A stretch of 64,000 bases of DNA from Candidatus Poribacteria bacterium (GTDB taxonomy: Bacteria; Poribacteria; WGA-4E; WGA-3G). The stretch lies in the NCBI GenBank assembly GCA_963665235.2, contig CAXXLX010000001.1, positions 2,976,001 to 3,040,000 on the forward strand, read 5' to 3'. The position numbers and the translations under genes are program-made. The notes below the pieces were generated by a model. That model made no database searches and was not told the DNA's origin. It worked only from the letters and a program-made list of their open reading frames with translations. Shown here piece by piece: positions 31,005-40,736 of this stretch (within the stretch, counting starts at the first letter, position 1; each line of letters begins with the position of its first letter).

Positions 31005-32585
31005 ATGAATGAAAACGGAAATAGTAAAAGTAGCCTCGGGCTGCTCATCGGAATCGTCATTGCTATCATCGCTGGCACGCTTATCGGCGGCTTCGCCCCC
31101 GGGGTTGCTAAGCATACCGACATCCTTGGTGAGGTCTTCCTGAAACTACTCAAGATGATAGTCGTGCCGCTCGTCATGTTATCAATGATAGTTGGCATTA
31201 CCAACCTGGGCGACATCCGCAACCTCGGCAGCATAGGTGGCAGAACCGTGCTGTACTATGTGGCAACGACAGGTTTATCTGTCCTGGTCGGAATCATTCT
31301 TGTCAACATGATTGCACCCGGTAGGGGGCTCTCCCAAGGGGAAGAGAAAGCCGATTTAAGCTATACCCTTAGCGGTGAGAAGATGCACACCGTCACTCTG
31401 GACGGACAGTTCGACCGGACCTATAACGAAAAATATGTCGTCACGCTGGTCGACCAAAATGTTAAAGGGAACGTGGAATCTATATCGGACACCTCCGTGA
31501 CCGTGGAGGAATGGACGCTTTTAGATGAACGGGCAGATTACATGGAAACCGAAAGCGGTAAGCGGGTGCTGTTCCTTGATGGAACGCTTGCTGATGTCCA
31601 ACTTCAAAGCACCGGACAAGGTATAGCCATTGGACTTCCGATTGCTACCGCAGTAGAAAACAAAAAAGAACGCGATATGTGGGGGACGCTTAAAGAGGTC
31701 CTGCTCGGAAACCCGGCCACCGAAAAGGAGGGGATGATTCCGGAGAACGTTTTCAAAGCGATGGCGAACATGGATATCCTTCCCTTAATCTTTTTCTCAC
31801 TTCTCATCGGTGGGGCTTTATCGGTCCTCGGTGAACGTGGTCGCACGGCTATTCAAGTGATTTCGGACTTAAATGATGGCGTTATGCAAATCGTCCATTG
31901 GATTATGTATATTGCTCCTATCGGCATCTTTGGGTTAATTGCAGGTCGCATTGGTGAAGCGAAGGGGTTTGCAGGCTTCTGGCCCGAGTTAGTGGCTGTC
32001 GGAAAGTACAGCTTTACGGTCATCTTAGGGCTTGCTATTCACGGTGTAATCGTTTTACCAGTGTTGCTGCTACTTATCGGTCGGCGAAATCCGCTCAGCT
32101 ATGTGAAGGGGATGGCGACCGCGTTGCTCAATGCGTTTTCAACTGCGAGTTCCAGCGCAACCTTGCCATTAACAATGGAAGGGGCTGAACACCAGAACGG
32201 TATTTCTAACCGCACTGCCAGTTTTGTGTTACCGCTCGGGGCGACAATTAACATGGATGGCACCGCGCTCTATGAGGCAGTGGCTGTTATGTTTATCGCC
32301 CAGGTGTACGCAATTACGATGCCGCTCCCGCAGCAAATTATTATTGTCATGACCGCGACACTCGCTGCTATAGGTGCTGCAGGTATTCCGGAGGCTGGGC
32401 TCGTCACGATGGTTGTCGTGCTGAGAGCCGTTGACCTACCGATTGAGGGGATAACCCTCATTCTTTCTGTTGATTGGCTGCTCGATAGGTTCCGCACTAC
32501 TGTCAACGTTTGGGGCGACAGTGTTGGTGCTGGTGTCATTGAAACGTTGGAAGCCAAAGGTGATTCAACGCCAGCGGCAGCGTAG
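31005..32585 (+). CDS. dicarboxylate/amino acid:cation symporter (DAACS/GltP family)
   Basis: LKMIVVPL, TASSSATLP, GATINMDGTALYE, DRFRTTVNVWGD. Confidence 0.93.
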   Translation: MNENGNSKSSLGLLIGIVIAIIAGTLIGGFAPGVAKHTDILGEVFLKLLKMIVVPLVMLSMIVGITNLGDIRNLGSIGGRTVLYYVATTGLSVLVGIILVNMIAPGRGLSQGEEKADLSYTLSGEKMHTVTLDGQFDRTYNEKYVVTLVDQNVKGNVESISDTSVTVEEWTLLDERADYMETESGKRVLFLDGTLADVQLQSTGQGIAIGLPIATAVENKKERDMWGTLKEVLLGNPATEKEGMIPENVFKAMANMDILPLIFFSLLIGGALSVLGERGRTAIQVISDLNDGVMQIVHWIMYIAPIGIFGLIAGRIGEAKGFAGFWPELVAVGKYSFTVILGLAIHGVIVLPVLLLLIGRRNPLSYVKGMATALLNAFSTASSSATLPLTMEGAEHQNGISNRTASFVLPLGATINMDGTALYEAVAVMFIAQVYAITMPLPQQIIIVMTATLAAIGAAGIPEAGLVTMVVVLRAVDLPIEGITLILSVDWLLDRFRTTVNVWGDSVGAGVIETLEAKGDSTPAAA

Positions 32586-32631
32586 CATAGCGCAGAACAG
32601 ACGCAAATTCGGAACATAATGTAGATTTTTC

Positions 32632-32658
32632 GGGGAGGGGTAAAACCCTCCCCCCTTT
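32632..32658 (+). terminator. GC-rich hairpin after transporter gene
   Basis: GGGGAGGG-gtaaaa-CCCTCCCC followed by short T run. Confidence 0.4.
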
Positions 32659-32715
32659 ATCCTCCCACAATCGGGGGGGAATGCGTAAATCCTATAATTG
32701 TAAACTTTACCACAG

Positions 32716-34928
32716 ATGAGTACACAAAACGAAACAACCTCACAGCAATCACCGCTTAGTGGTGCAACGATTCTCGCTATTCTGAGCGTCGCGCTCGCGG
32801 CGGGATGGATTGCATTTGCCTACTATAAGAGCGGCAGTACCGATGCAGATGGAAATCGGATGCTACTTCTGCACCCGATAGTGCCAATTCTGCTTACCGT
32901 GCTGCTAATCAAGGTTTACCGATGGGTTGACATAAAATTTATCGTCAACCTTGAAATTGTGATGATAGTCTTATGGGTTTTTGTTCGGCTGTTAGGTGTG
33001 CTCATGCCGTTCATCCTCGGCTTCGGATTCGCCTATCTCTTCAGATTTCTCTGGAACGTACTTCCGTTCCCTAGGCAGTATCAACGCGCAATCGCAACCT
33101 TGATAATTATCCTCGCCTGTATCGGCCTATTTTTCTATACAGGTAAACAGATGACCAATCAAGCGAAACAGATGACAGCAGGTTTGCAGAAGTTTTACTA
33201 CAAAACTATCCAACCTTATGTTTTCGGTGAAAAGCTTAAAGCAATCGCTATCGGCGTAGAGGGTGACACTGAGACACTTTATCGCACCCAAGGGCTTTAC
33301 CTCATAAAAGGGAATGAACCCCTCGGTTCTAAGTCCAGCATTCCTACTGCTCAACTTATTGACAGACCGATACAAGCAATTGCGGTAGGTGAAAACCGTA
33401 TCTATGCGGGCACGCAAAGCGGGCTCTATTGGCGTGACAAAAACGACGATGCATCTATATGGAAAAAGGTAGAGAAGACACCTTTCGGTAATCTTTCAGT
33501 TCAAGCTGTCAACATTCCGAATTGGGACAGTACCCACATCTATGTCGGAACATCTGAGGGGTTGTTTAAAAGTGAGGATTCGGCTAAGAATTGGAGCGAA
33601 CTTGAGCCAACAATGTTTGGGGACCTCTCAATTATCAGTATCGTTTCGCTTGAGGATACCCCCGGGGGTGGCCATGGAGCAAGCACGCCTACCGACGAAA
33701 ATAGTAAGTATATCTATGTCGCTATCAGGTCAACTTCCGAGCAGGACGAGCCGGGTACAGGGGCAACAGTGTATCGGCAGCTACAAAATTCCGACCGTGG
33801 CTGGGAACCGCTCCTTATGAGCAATCTCCCTTATCTCTATACGCTCGCTGCTGGAGATAGGGAACCTGCTCAACTTTACGCTGGCACGGCGAACGGCATC
33901 TATCAATGTAATACACTTCCGGAATGGCAGGAAATCGAGAACGGCGAAAAACAGGCAACGCTGTCTCTTGAATGGCAGCAAACAGAGGGAACAGAGGTAT
34001 TATCAACCCCTATTTCACTTTTAATCACAACCCCCCTGGGAGTATACGCTGGCGATGAAAAACAGCTCTGGTATCGTACTATAGACGCAAACGGTGCTGG
34101 AACTGAGCCGAATGAACAGAGTGCTAACGATTGGGAAAACTATTTTAAGATTGAAGCGGATGGTGTTCTGGATACATACAAAGATAACACTATTGTGATG
34201 CAGGTCAAATCATATTTGACCGAAAAAATACCGACGCTCGCCCAAAAAACGGGCACCGTCTTCAATTTCGCGGGTTCTCTCGCTTCGCAGCTCGGTGGAT
34301 TTCTCGCCACAGTGTTTCTCGGATTTATTGTTTTTGTCTATGCGAGTCAATCGTTTGAGAACTATTTTCGCAGTTTTACCGACTTTGTTCCAGAAAAACA
34401 TCGTGAGGCTGTCAAGGCTTACCTGATTGAAATTGATAAGAACATGCAGCAATTCCTGAAGGGACAGGTGACAGTCATCGCGATTGTGTCGGTAATCTCC
34501 TGTATCGCTTATGGCGCAATCGGTGTACCTTTCGCGCTACTCATCGGCCTACTAGCAGGGTTTTGTAATGCTATTCCGACTTTTGGGCCTTTTATCGGGG
34601 GGGGTTCGCGTTCTTGGCAATGATTATGGGCTTGGCAGCAGGCGATTTTAATCTCATCGAATTTCTCATCCGCTGTGCCTTTGTCTTAGGTGCCATCTTC
34701 GGTATTCAGGCAATTGACAATTCGCTCATCTCACCGAAGGTGATGAGCAGTGCCGTAGATGTTGACCCGTTGCTCATTATGTTCGCTGTTATCGTTGGTG
34801 CCGCAATACTCGGTTTTTGGGGTGTCCTGCTTGCAATTCCGATCATCGTCGTGATAAAATCTGTTGTTGCCATCTCAAAAACTGCTGAAGACGAGACAGC
34901 AGACGAACCTGCTCTGGAGGAACAGTGA
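32716..34928 (+). CDS. AI-2E family transporter with inserted beta-propeller; frameshifted at G8 (34597-34604)
   Basis: PFILGFGFAYL, FLKGQ, IPTFGPFIG in first ORF; DNSLISPKVM..VDPLLI..GVLLAIP in 34614-34928; G9 would join them. Confidence 0.85.
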
Positions 34929-36274
34929 TGGAAAATCAATCTAACGTTGTCGCAATTGTCGGTAGACCTAACGTAGGAAAATCGTCCCTCTTCAATCGAA
35001 TTACAGCAGAAACCCGACCGAGCCGGACACACCCGAAACGGGTCGCTGTCGTCAACGATACACCGGGCGTAACCCGAGACCGAAATTATGCAGACGTAAA
35101 GTGGCGTAAACAGCCCTTCACGATTGTAGACACCGGGGGGCTGGACGTTGACCCCGATGACCCGCTTATAGATAACGTTCAACTTCAGGTAGAGCAGGCA
35201 CTCGCGGAGGCACTCCTTATCCTGTTTGTCGTCGATGCCCGGGACGGTATTATGCCCCACGATTCGATCGTCGCGGATAAACTCCGAAAGGCGGGCAAAC
35301 CCATTCTCCTCGTTGTCAATAAGGTCGATGGCGAACGTTTTGAAAACACGGCTGCTGAATTTTACGCACTCGGATTGGAAAACCTAACCCTGATTTCGTG
35401 TGTCCAAAATATCGGTATTCGTGAGCTGCTTGACAAAGTGGCAGATGCGCTCCCTGAAACTGCTGACACCTCGGAAGAGGGGGTTGAGCCTATAAAAATT
35501 TCTATCGTCGGCCGGCCGAACGTCGGTAAATCCTCTATTCTTAATTCGCTGCTCGGCGAAGAGCGTATGATTGTGGATAATCGCCCCGGTACAACGCGCG
35601 ACGCTGTCAATATACAGCTTCTCTACGAAAACGTCCCGTTTGAATTGGTTGATACGGCGGGGATGCGGCGAAAATCCGCAATTAAAAATGAATTGGAATC
35701 CGCAACCGTACAACGTGCTATCCACAGCATACGCCAAAGCGACATCGCTACCTTGGTCCTAGATGTTACACAGGAGATAGCACAACAAGACAAAACTATC
35801 GCCAGTTTTATTGCACGACACGGAAAAGCCTCTGTGTTAGTCCTCAATAAATGGGATTTAATTGAGAAGGATAACACAACCCACCAGAATTTTATGGCGG
35901 ATATTGCTGCAGAAGTTCCACAGCTAAATTATGTTCCCAAGGTTTTCATCTCCGCATTAACCGGACAGCGCGTCACAAAGATCCTTGATATTGCCCTTGA
36001 CGTTCATCGTGAATATTGCACCCGTATTCCGACTCCTGCCCTTAACGAATTGCTTATAGAACTACGGAACGCGCATCCGCCGCCACGTGTAAAAGGCACA
36101 CGCCCGGCACTTAAATATATCACCCAAGTTGAGACGCGCCCGCCGACCTTTCTCATTTTCGGCAGAAATGTGCATCGGGTCCGACCCCCTTATACAGCCT
36201 ATCTGATTAACAACATCCGGAAAGCCTTCGGGTTTCACGGTACCCCAATTCGTCTTTTTTATCGGAGGAGTTAA
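34925..36274 (+). CDS. der: ribosome biogenesis GTPase Der
   Basis: two [15 protein letters not shown] domains and KH-like C-terminus. Confidence 0.97.
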   Translation: MMENQSNVVAIVGRPNVGKSSLFNRITAETRPSRTHPKRVAVVNDTPGVTRDRNYADVKWRKQPFTIVDTGGLDVDPDDPLIDNVQLQVEQALAEALLILFVVDARDGIMPHDSIVADKLRKAGKPILLVVNKVDGERFENTAAEFYALGLENLTLISCVQNIGIRELLDKVADALPETADTSEEGVEPIKISIVGRPNVGKSSILNSLLGEERMIVDNRPGTTRDAVNIQLLYENVPFELVDTAGMRRKSAIKNELESATVQRAIHSIRQSDIATLVLDVTQEIAQQDKTIASFIARHGKASVLVLNKWDLIEKDNTTHQNFMADIAAEVPQLNYVPKVFISALTGQRVTKILDIALDVHREYCTRIPTPALNELLIELRNAHPPPRVKGTRPALKYITQVETRPPTFLIFGRNVHRVRPPYTAYLINNIRKAFGFHGTPIRLFYRRS

Positions 36275-36431
36275 GGTGCGGCGGGTTGGGAGACCCAACC
36301 CCTACGAGCTATTGGTTTATGGCTGTTGACTTATAGCAGGAAGTCTCTAACGCGTGTCAAAAACCTGCTTAGAATCACAACCTCTTGCTAATTGCCATTT
36401 GCTAATCGCCATTTGCTATATGAGGTATACC

Positions 36432-37403
36432 ATGGCACAGAAAAAGATTTTTATCACGCGTCCCATCCCGGAACCGATTCTCGTTAAAATTCAAGCTGAA
36501 TACGATGTTGACATGTGGCACACCAGTGCCATCCTGCCCCCTATCGCTGAAAAAATTCCACCGCTTGATGGATTGATGACCTACGGACATGAATTGGTCA
36601 CAGCGGAGATGTTTGACACTGCGCCTAATCTCAAGGTTGTCTCTGTTGTCGGTGTCGGCTATGACCATGTCGATGTAGATGCAGCGAGAGAACGCGGCAT
36701 CGCGCTCGGACACACCCCCGGTGTGCTCAGCGACACCACTGCGGATATGACCTGGGCACTTCTGCTCGCTGCCGCGCGAAATGTCGTACCCGCCTATACC
36801 CACGTCCAGGTCAACAAACAGTGGCACTACTACGACCCAAATATTCTTTGGGGGTATGATGTTCATCATGCAACTATAGGGATTGTCGGTATGGGACGTA
36901 TCGGGTATGCTGTTGCAAAACGGGCCCTCGGATTTGACATGAACGTGCTTTATTACAAACGGAATCGCCGACACGATTGGGAAGATGAACTCGGTATTGA
37001 ATACGTTGAACTGGAACATCTCCTGAAGGTTTCCGATTTCGTGACGCTCCATGTTCCGTTGACAGAAGAGACGACTCACATGATTGGTAAGGCAGAGTTT
37101 GAATTGATGAAACCGACCGCTGTTTTAGTGAATATCGCCCGTGGGCCTGTCGTTGACCACGATGCCCTCTATGACGCTCTCACAACGGGACAGATCGCTG
37201 GTGCCGCGCTTGACGTAACTGAACCGGAGCCGATTAACACCGCTCATCCGCTTCTTGGGTTAGATAACCTTATCATTGCCCCGCATCTCGGCAGTGCCAC
37301 TGTCCAAACGCGAATGAAGATGGCAACGATGGCGATGGAGAATTTATTCGCTGGGTTGAAGGGTGAACAGTTGCCTTACGGGGTGCTGCAGCCACGGGGA
37401 TAG
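36432..37403 (+). CDS. D-glycerate dehydrogenase/glyoxylate reductase family
   Basis: GMGRIG, LHVPL, NIARG, ALDVTEPEP, PHLGSAT. Confidence 0.92.
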   Translation: MAQKKIFITRPIPEPILVKIQAEYDVDMWHTSAILPPIAEKIPPLDGLMTYGHELVTAEMFDTAPNLKVVSVVGVGYDHVDVDAARERGIALGHTPGVLSDTTADMTWALLLAAARNVVPAYTHVQVNKQWHYYDPNILWGYDVHHATIGIVGMGRIGYAVAKRALGFDMNVLYYKRNRRHDWEDELGIEYVELEHLLKVSDFVTLHVPLTEETTHMIGKAEFELMKPTAVLVNIARGPVVDHDALYDALTTGQIAGAALDVTEPEPINTAHPLLGLDNLIIAPHLGSATVQTRMKMATMAMENLFAGLKGEQLPYGVLQPRG

Positions 37404-37474
37404 TAAAAGCTGTTAGGTGGCAGAGTCATTTAGTCCGGTAAAGACGAATTGACTCCCTCGGTTTTTTAATCGAA

Positions 37475-37503
37475 TTGCATTTGTCATCGATTTTTGTTAG
37501 AAT
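37475..37503 (+). promoter_or_regulatory. sigma-70-type promoter
   Basis: TTGCAT-N17-TAGAAT. Confidence 0.45.
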
Positions 37504-37536
37504 TGCATTGTATGTAAAAGGCGGGTTAAGCGTCCC

Positions 37537-37967
37537 GTGATAGACCCAAGTCTAAAGACTTGGGCTTCCGCAAAGTTATGCGAAAGCATTTGTGGCTTCA
37601 AGCGACATTGCTTTTGTTCTGAGAATGTCAAAAACAAAAGTCTGACGATGCCTAAGCACAAGGGACGCTACCCCGCCCCCGCCCCGAAGTGCCTTAAAAA
37701 ACGATTTGATGTGTTACGACTTACATTCTCGTGGGATACAGCATTACCTGGATTTCCCGAACACATGACAAGCATATTTTAGATATTTATGAGGTGTGCA
37801 GGCTTTTACGTAGTTGTCTCAATATCAAGCAATATACCAGTGCATCAACTCACAACCGATGCCGAACACTATTTAGTTAGACGTGAGAAACCGAAAAAGG
37901 TTTAATGAATATAGGCGCCGCTACTACATCCCAGACCTGAAGGATTGGGTTTTGTAGCGGAACGTTG
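37537..37967 (-). mobile_element. non-autonomous IS200/IS605 derivative
   Basis: minus-strand right end GAAGCCCAAGTCTTTAGACTTGGGTCTATCAC; left-end hairpin AAAACCCAATCCTTCAGGTCTGGGATG preceded by TTAT; no intact tnpA/tnpB. Confidence 0.7.
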
Positions 37968-37983
37968 ATAAAGGAGAGAAAAA

Positions 37984-38490
37984 ATGAAATTAATCGTAAT
38001 TTTGAGTGTAATCCTTTTGCTCTTTATCGTGCCTGCGTTTAGCGACCTCACCCCAGATGATATTAACATGCTTCGTTTGATTATCAAAGAGGAGGTTGAG
38101 TCGGCGATTGGGGCATCCGAGATAAGGATGAAAGAGTATATCTCTCAGGAAATTAAGTCGGCGATTGGGGCATCCGAGACAAGGATGAAAGAGTATGTCT
38201 CTCAGGAAATTAAAACTGTCAATGTCACAATTTCGGAAATGGACAAACGTTTGAACCAGATTTTTGCACTAGTAATCGGTTTAATCGCGTTAATCGTAGT
38301 TGTCGTTGGAATTCCCCAAATCATCGTTACATTACAGCGGAAAGAGGTGCGCGCCCAGGACGAAAAGCTTGAAGTGCAGCAAAGACAACTTGAAACGCAG
38401 CAAAAACAACTTGAGGCGCAGCAAGAGCAGATTAAAACGTTGCAGCGACAGCTGGAAGCACTTCCGCAGGAACGCGTTGTGGGCCCTTAG
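37984..38490 (+). CDS. signal-peptide coiled-coil membrane protein
   Basis: signal peptide, duplicated SAIGASE.RMKEY.SQEIK, TM helix, QQ.QLE heptads; RBS AAGGAG. Confidence 0.8.
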   Translation: MKLIVILSVILLLFIVPAFSDLTPDDINMLRLIIKEEVESAIGASEIRMKEYISQEIKSAIGASETRMKEYVSQEIKTVNVTISEMDKRLNQIFALVIGLIALIVVVVGIPQIIVTLQRKEVRAQDEKLEVQQRQLETQQKQLEAQQEQIKTLQRQLEALPQERVVGP

Positions 38491-38550
38491 TGCTTAGACC
38501 GCATCAACGACGACATCAAATGTCGGATAGGGTTGCGAAAATGAACGCTG

Positions 38551-39639
38551 CTAACGCCGACCCGTACTTACTCGCTGAAACTCCGCCAGATATGCTTGGC
38601 TGATATCCGGATTGTTTTTGATAATCAGAAGGTTTTCACAGTTTCGAATCGCAGCATTTTTTGAGAAGTTGTATGAACCGGTAATCACCGTCTCTCCATC
38701 GATAATCATCACCTTATGATGCATCATCGCATTATTTTTATCCTCGAGTACTAGGATGCCCGCCTCTTTCATTGATTCATATTCGGAATGTTCATTAATC
38801 TGTCGCTCTTCAAACACCCCCGCCACTGTGATTTTGTTTTTAAAACGTTCGCGTATCGCCGCGCCGAGTTCATCGTGTGTAAACGAAAACGCCATGAAAT
38901 AAATTGACCGCTTTGCGGACGTAATCTCTTCTAAGAGTGCTGAAATCGTGTTGTTTTCGGGGGAGAAGTAGGTAAAAACCTGTGTACCATCGCTTAGCGT
39001 CACCTGTGGGTGTGGAATACGCTTCTCGGACCTTCTACCGAACTCTCCATCGTTAAACATTTCCTCGAATTCCCATGTAAAGTTATCGGCAAGCTTCACC
39101 GAATTGAGGTAGATGACGTTATTGTTGTTCTTATGAGCCCCATTATAAGTTGTGTTGTAAGACCCAGTCCAGACGTATCGCTTGTCGATGACGATAAATT
39201 TGTTATGCATCAAACCCGTGTATCCCGCATCATCAACTACAGGGATGCCTTCCGCCTGCAACCGTTCAATTTGCCTTTCACCGGCATACTTAGCTTCGGT
39301 AACAAGCCTGACCGTCACGTTGCGTCCGTGTGCCTCAATGAGAGCATCGGCTATCGGTTTAGAATTGAGTTGCTGCAGAGCAGCATCAATGCCTATCTCC
39401 GCTGCTGCAAGTTTTGCAACGAGCCGTTTTTCAAGCGAGTGCGGGTTATTCACATCAACTTCTCCAGAAACTTCGCTAAAGTAAACCTCCCACGGGCTGT
39501 CGGGGCCGACTATCGGTTTTCCTATATAATTGCAGAGGAAGCCGAGTGCAACGGCACCAAACGAAATCAGCAGGAACAGTATAAACTTTGTGCCCCAGCT
39601 CTTGGGTTCTGTGTTATTTGTGCTTGTATCGGCATTCAT
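38551..39639 (-). CDS. phospholipase D-like protein with two HKD motifs
   Basis: MHNKFIVID..WTGSYN and MHHKVMIID..ITGSYN; N-terminal TM anchor. Confidence 0.88.
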   Translation of the reverse strand: MNADTSTNNTEPKSWGTKFILFLLISFGAVALGFLCNYIGKPIVGPDSPWEVYFSEVSGEVDVNNPHSLEKRLVAKLAAAEIGIDAALQQLNSKPIADALIEAHGRNVTVRLVTEAKYAGERQIERLQAEGIPVVDDAGYTGLMHNKFIVIDKRYVWTGSYNTTYNGAHKNNNNVIYLNSVKLADNFTWEFEEMFNDGEFGRRSEKRIPHPQVTLSDGTQVFTYFSPENNTISALLEEITSAKRSIYFMAFSFTHDELGAAIRERFKNKITVAGVFEERQINEHSEYESMKEAGILVLEDKNNAMMHHKVMIIDGETVITGSYNFSKNAAIRNCENLLIIKNNPDISQAYLAEFQRVSTGRR

Positions 39640-39643
39640 AACT

Positions 39644-40534
39644 CTATACCCCCCACCTTCGCCGTGAATCTTTGAGCGGTTCGAGCTGTGCCTGCTGTTT
39701 CTTCCACCTGTAATGTCCCTTCGGTTTGTCCCCAATCCATCGTTCATCTGCTATTTCTGCTGCGAGTTGATAGCGGGTGTCCGCCGTTATCCGGACTTTG
39801 TTGGAGGTATTAACAAGCGAAGCGTGCATAAGGAACATACTGAAGATAACAACATCGCCTGCTGAAAACGTTGTAGTTGCCCAGCGGCCCCCGAATTTCT
39901 CAATAACTTCAATCGGATTATCGCTAAAGTGTCCCTCAATCAGGTCACGGTCAACATCTGCCTTTCCGTAAGTTTCGCGTACCTTTTCAAATCGGTTGGA
40001 ACCGAGGCAGAAAACGATGGGCCCCATGTCCAAAGAGACATCCCCGAAGGGTGTCCAGCAGGAGTAGAGATTTTGTGTCCCTCTCCCCATAAAGACGATA
40101 TCGCAGTGAATCGGGGAGCCAGCACCGGGGCCCGCGGTACGGAGCCACTTAAAATCGAACGTCAGCGCGTTGCCCCCGAGGAAGTGCTTGAAAAAGTTCA
40201 TCACCGGTGCCCCTTCGACTACCGCTTTGAATGCTGGCAGCTGCGTCAATGCTATGTTTCCCATTGACCCGGTTGAGGTCGGTTCAGGATAATCTGGATT
40301 GAAAATACCATCCATCAGTGGGGTATTTGGTGCAAGCATGTCCTTCTCTGTGAGTTTCTCCAAAATCTGCCGCCGTGCAGCGAGAACAGTTTCCGGGTCA
40401 TGTAGCCCGCGGATAAGCAGATAGCCATCCGTTGCTATCCGTTCTTGAAGTGCCTCGGGGCTATCGAGAATATCGTTGCTTTCCCGTAAATCGGTGCTGA
40501 CTTCCACTTCCTGATGCAAAAAAGGCAGTTTCAT
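39644..40534 (-). CDS. phytanoyl-CoA dioxygenase (PhyH) family protein, paralog of 10233-11135
   Basis: HCD motif, WTPFGD, MHASLVN..RITADTR. Confidence 0.85.
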   Translation of the reverse strand: MKLPFLHQEVEVSTDLRESNDILDSPEALQERIATDGYLLIRGLHDPETVLAARRQILEKLTEKDMLAPNTPLMDGIFNPDYPEPTSTGSMGNIALTQLPAFKAVVEGAPVMNFFKHFLGGNALTFDFKWLRTAGPGAGSPIHCDIVFMGRGTQNLYSCWTPFGDVSLDMGPIVFCLGSNRFEKVRETYGKADVDRDLIEGHFSDNPIEVIEKFGGRWATTTFSAGDVVIFSMFLMHASLVNTSNKVRITADTRYQLAAEIADERWIGDKPKGHYRWKKQQAQLEPLKDSRRRWGV

Positions 40535-40535
40535 T

Positions 40536-40731
40536 TTTTTAATATTTCCTTGCGGTTTGATAGGGCTGGGTTCTTAGAGAACGTCCATCGCCATATATCC
40601 AGCGCGGCACGTTGTTTGCGCTTACTTTTCTGATTTTTAATATTTCCTTGCGGTTTGATAGGGCTGGGTTCTTAGAGAACGTCCATCGCCATATATCCAG
40701 CGCGGCACGTTGTTTGCGCTTACTTTTCTGA
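40536..40731. repeat. perfect 98-bp tandem duplication
   Basis: 40536-40633 identical to 40634-40731. Confidence 0.92.
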
Positions 40732-40736
40732 CTATC

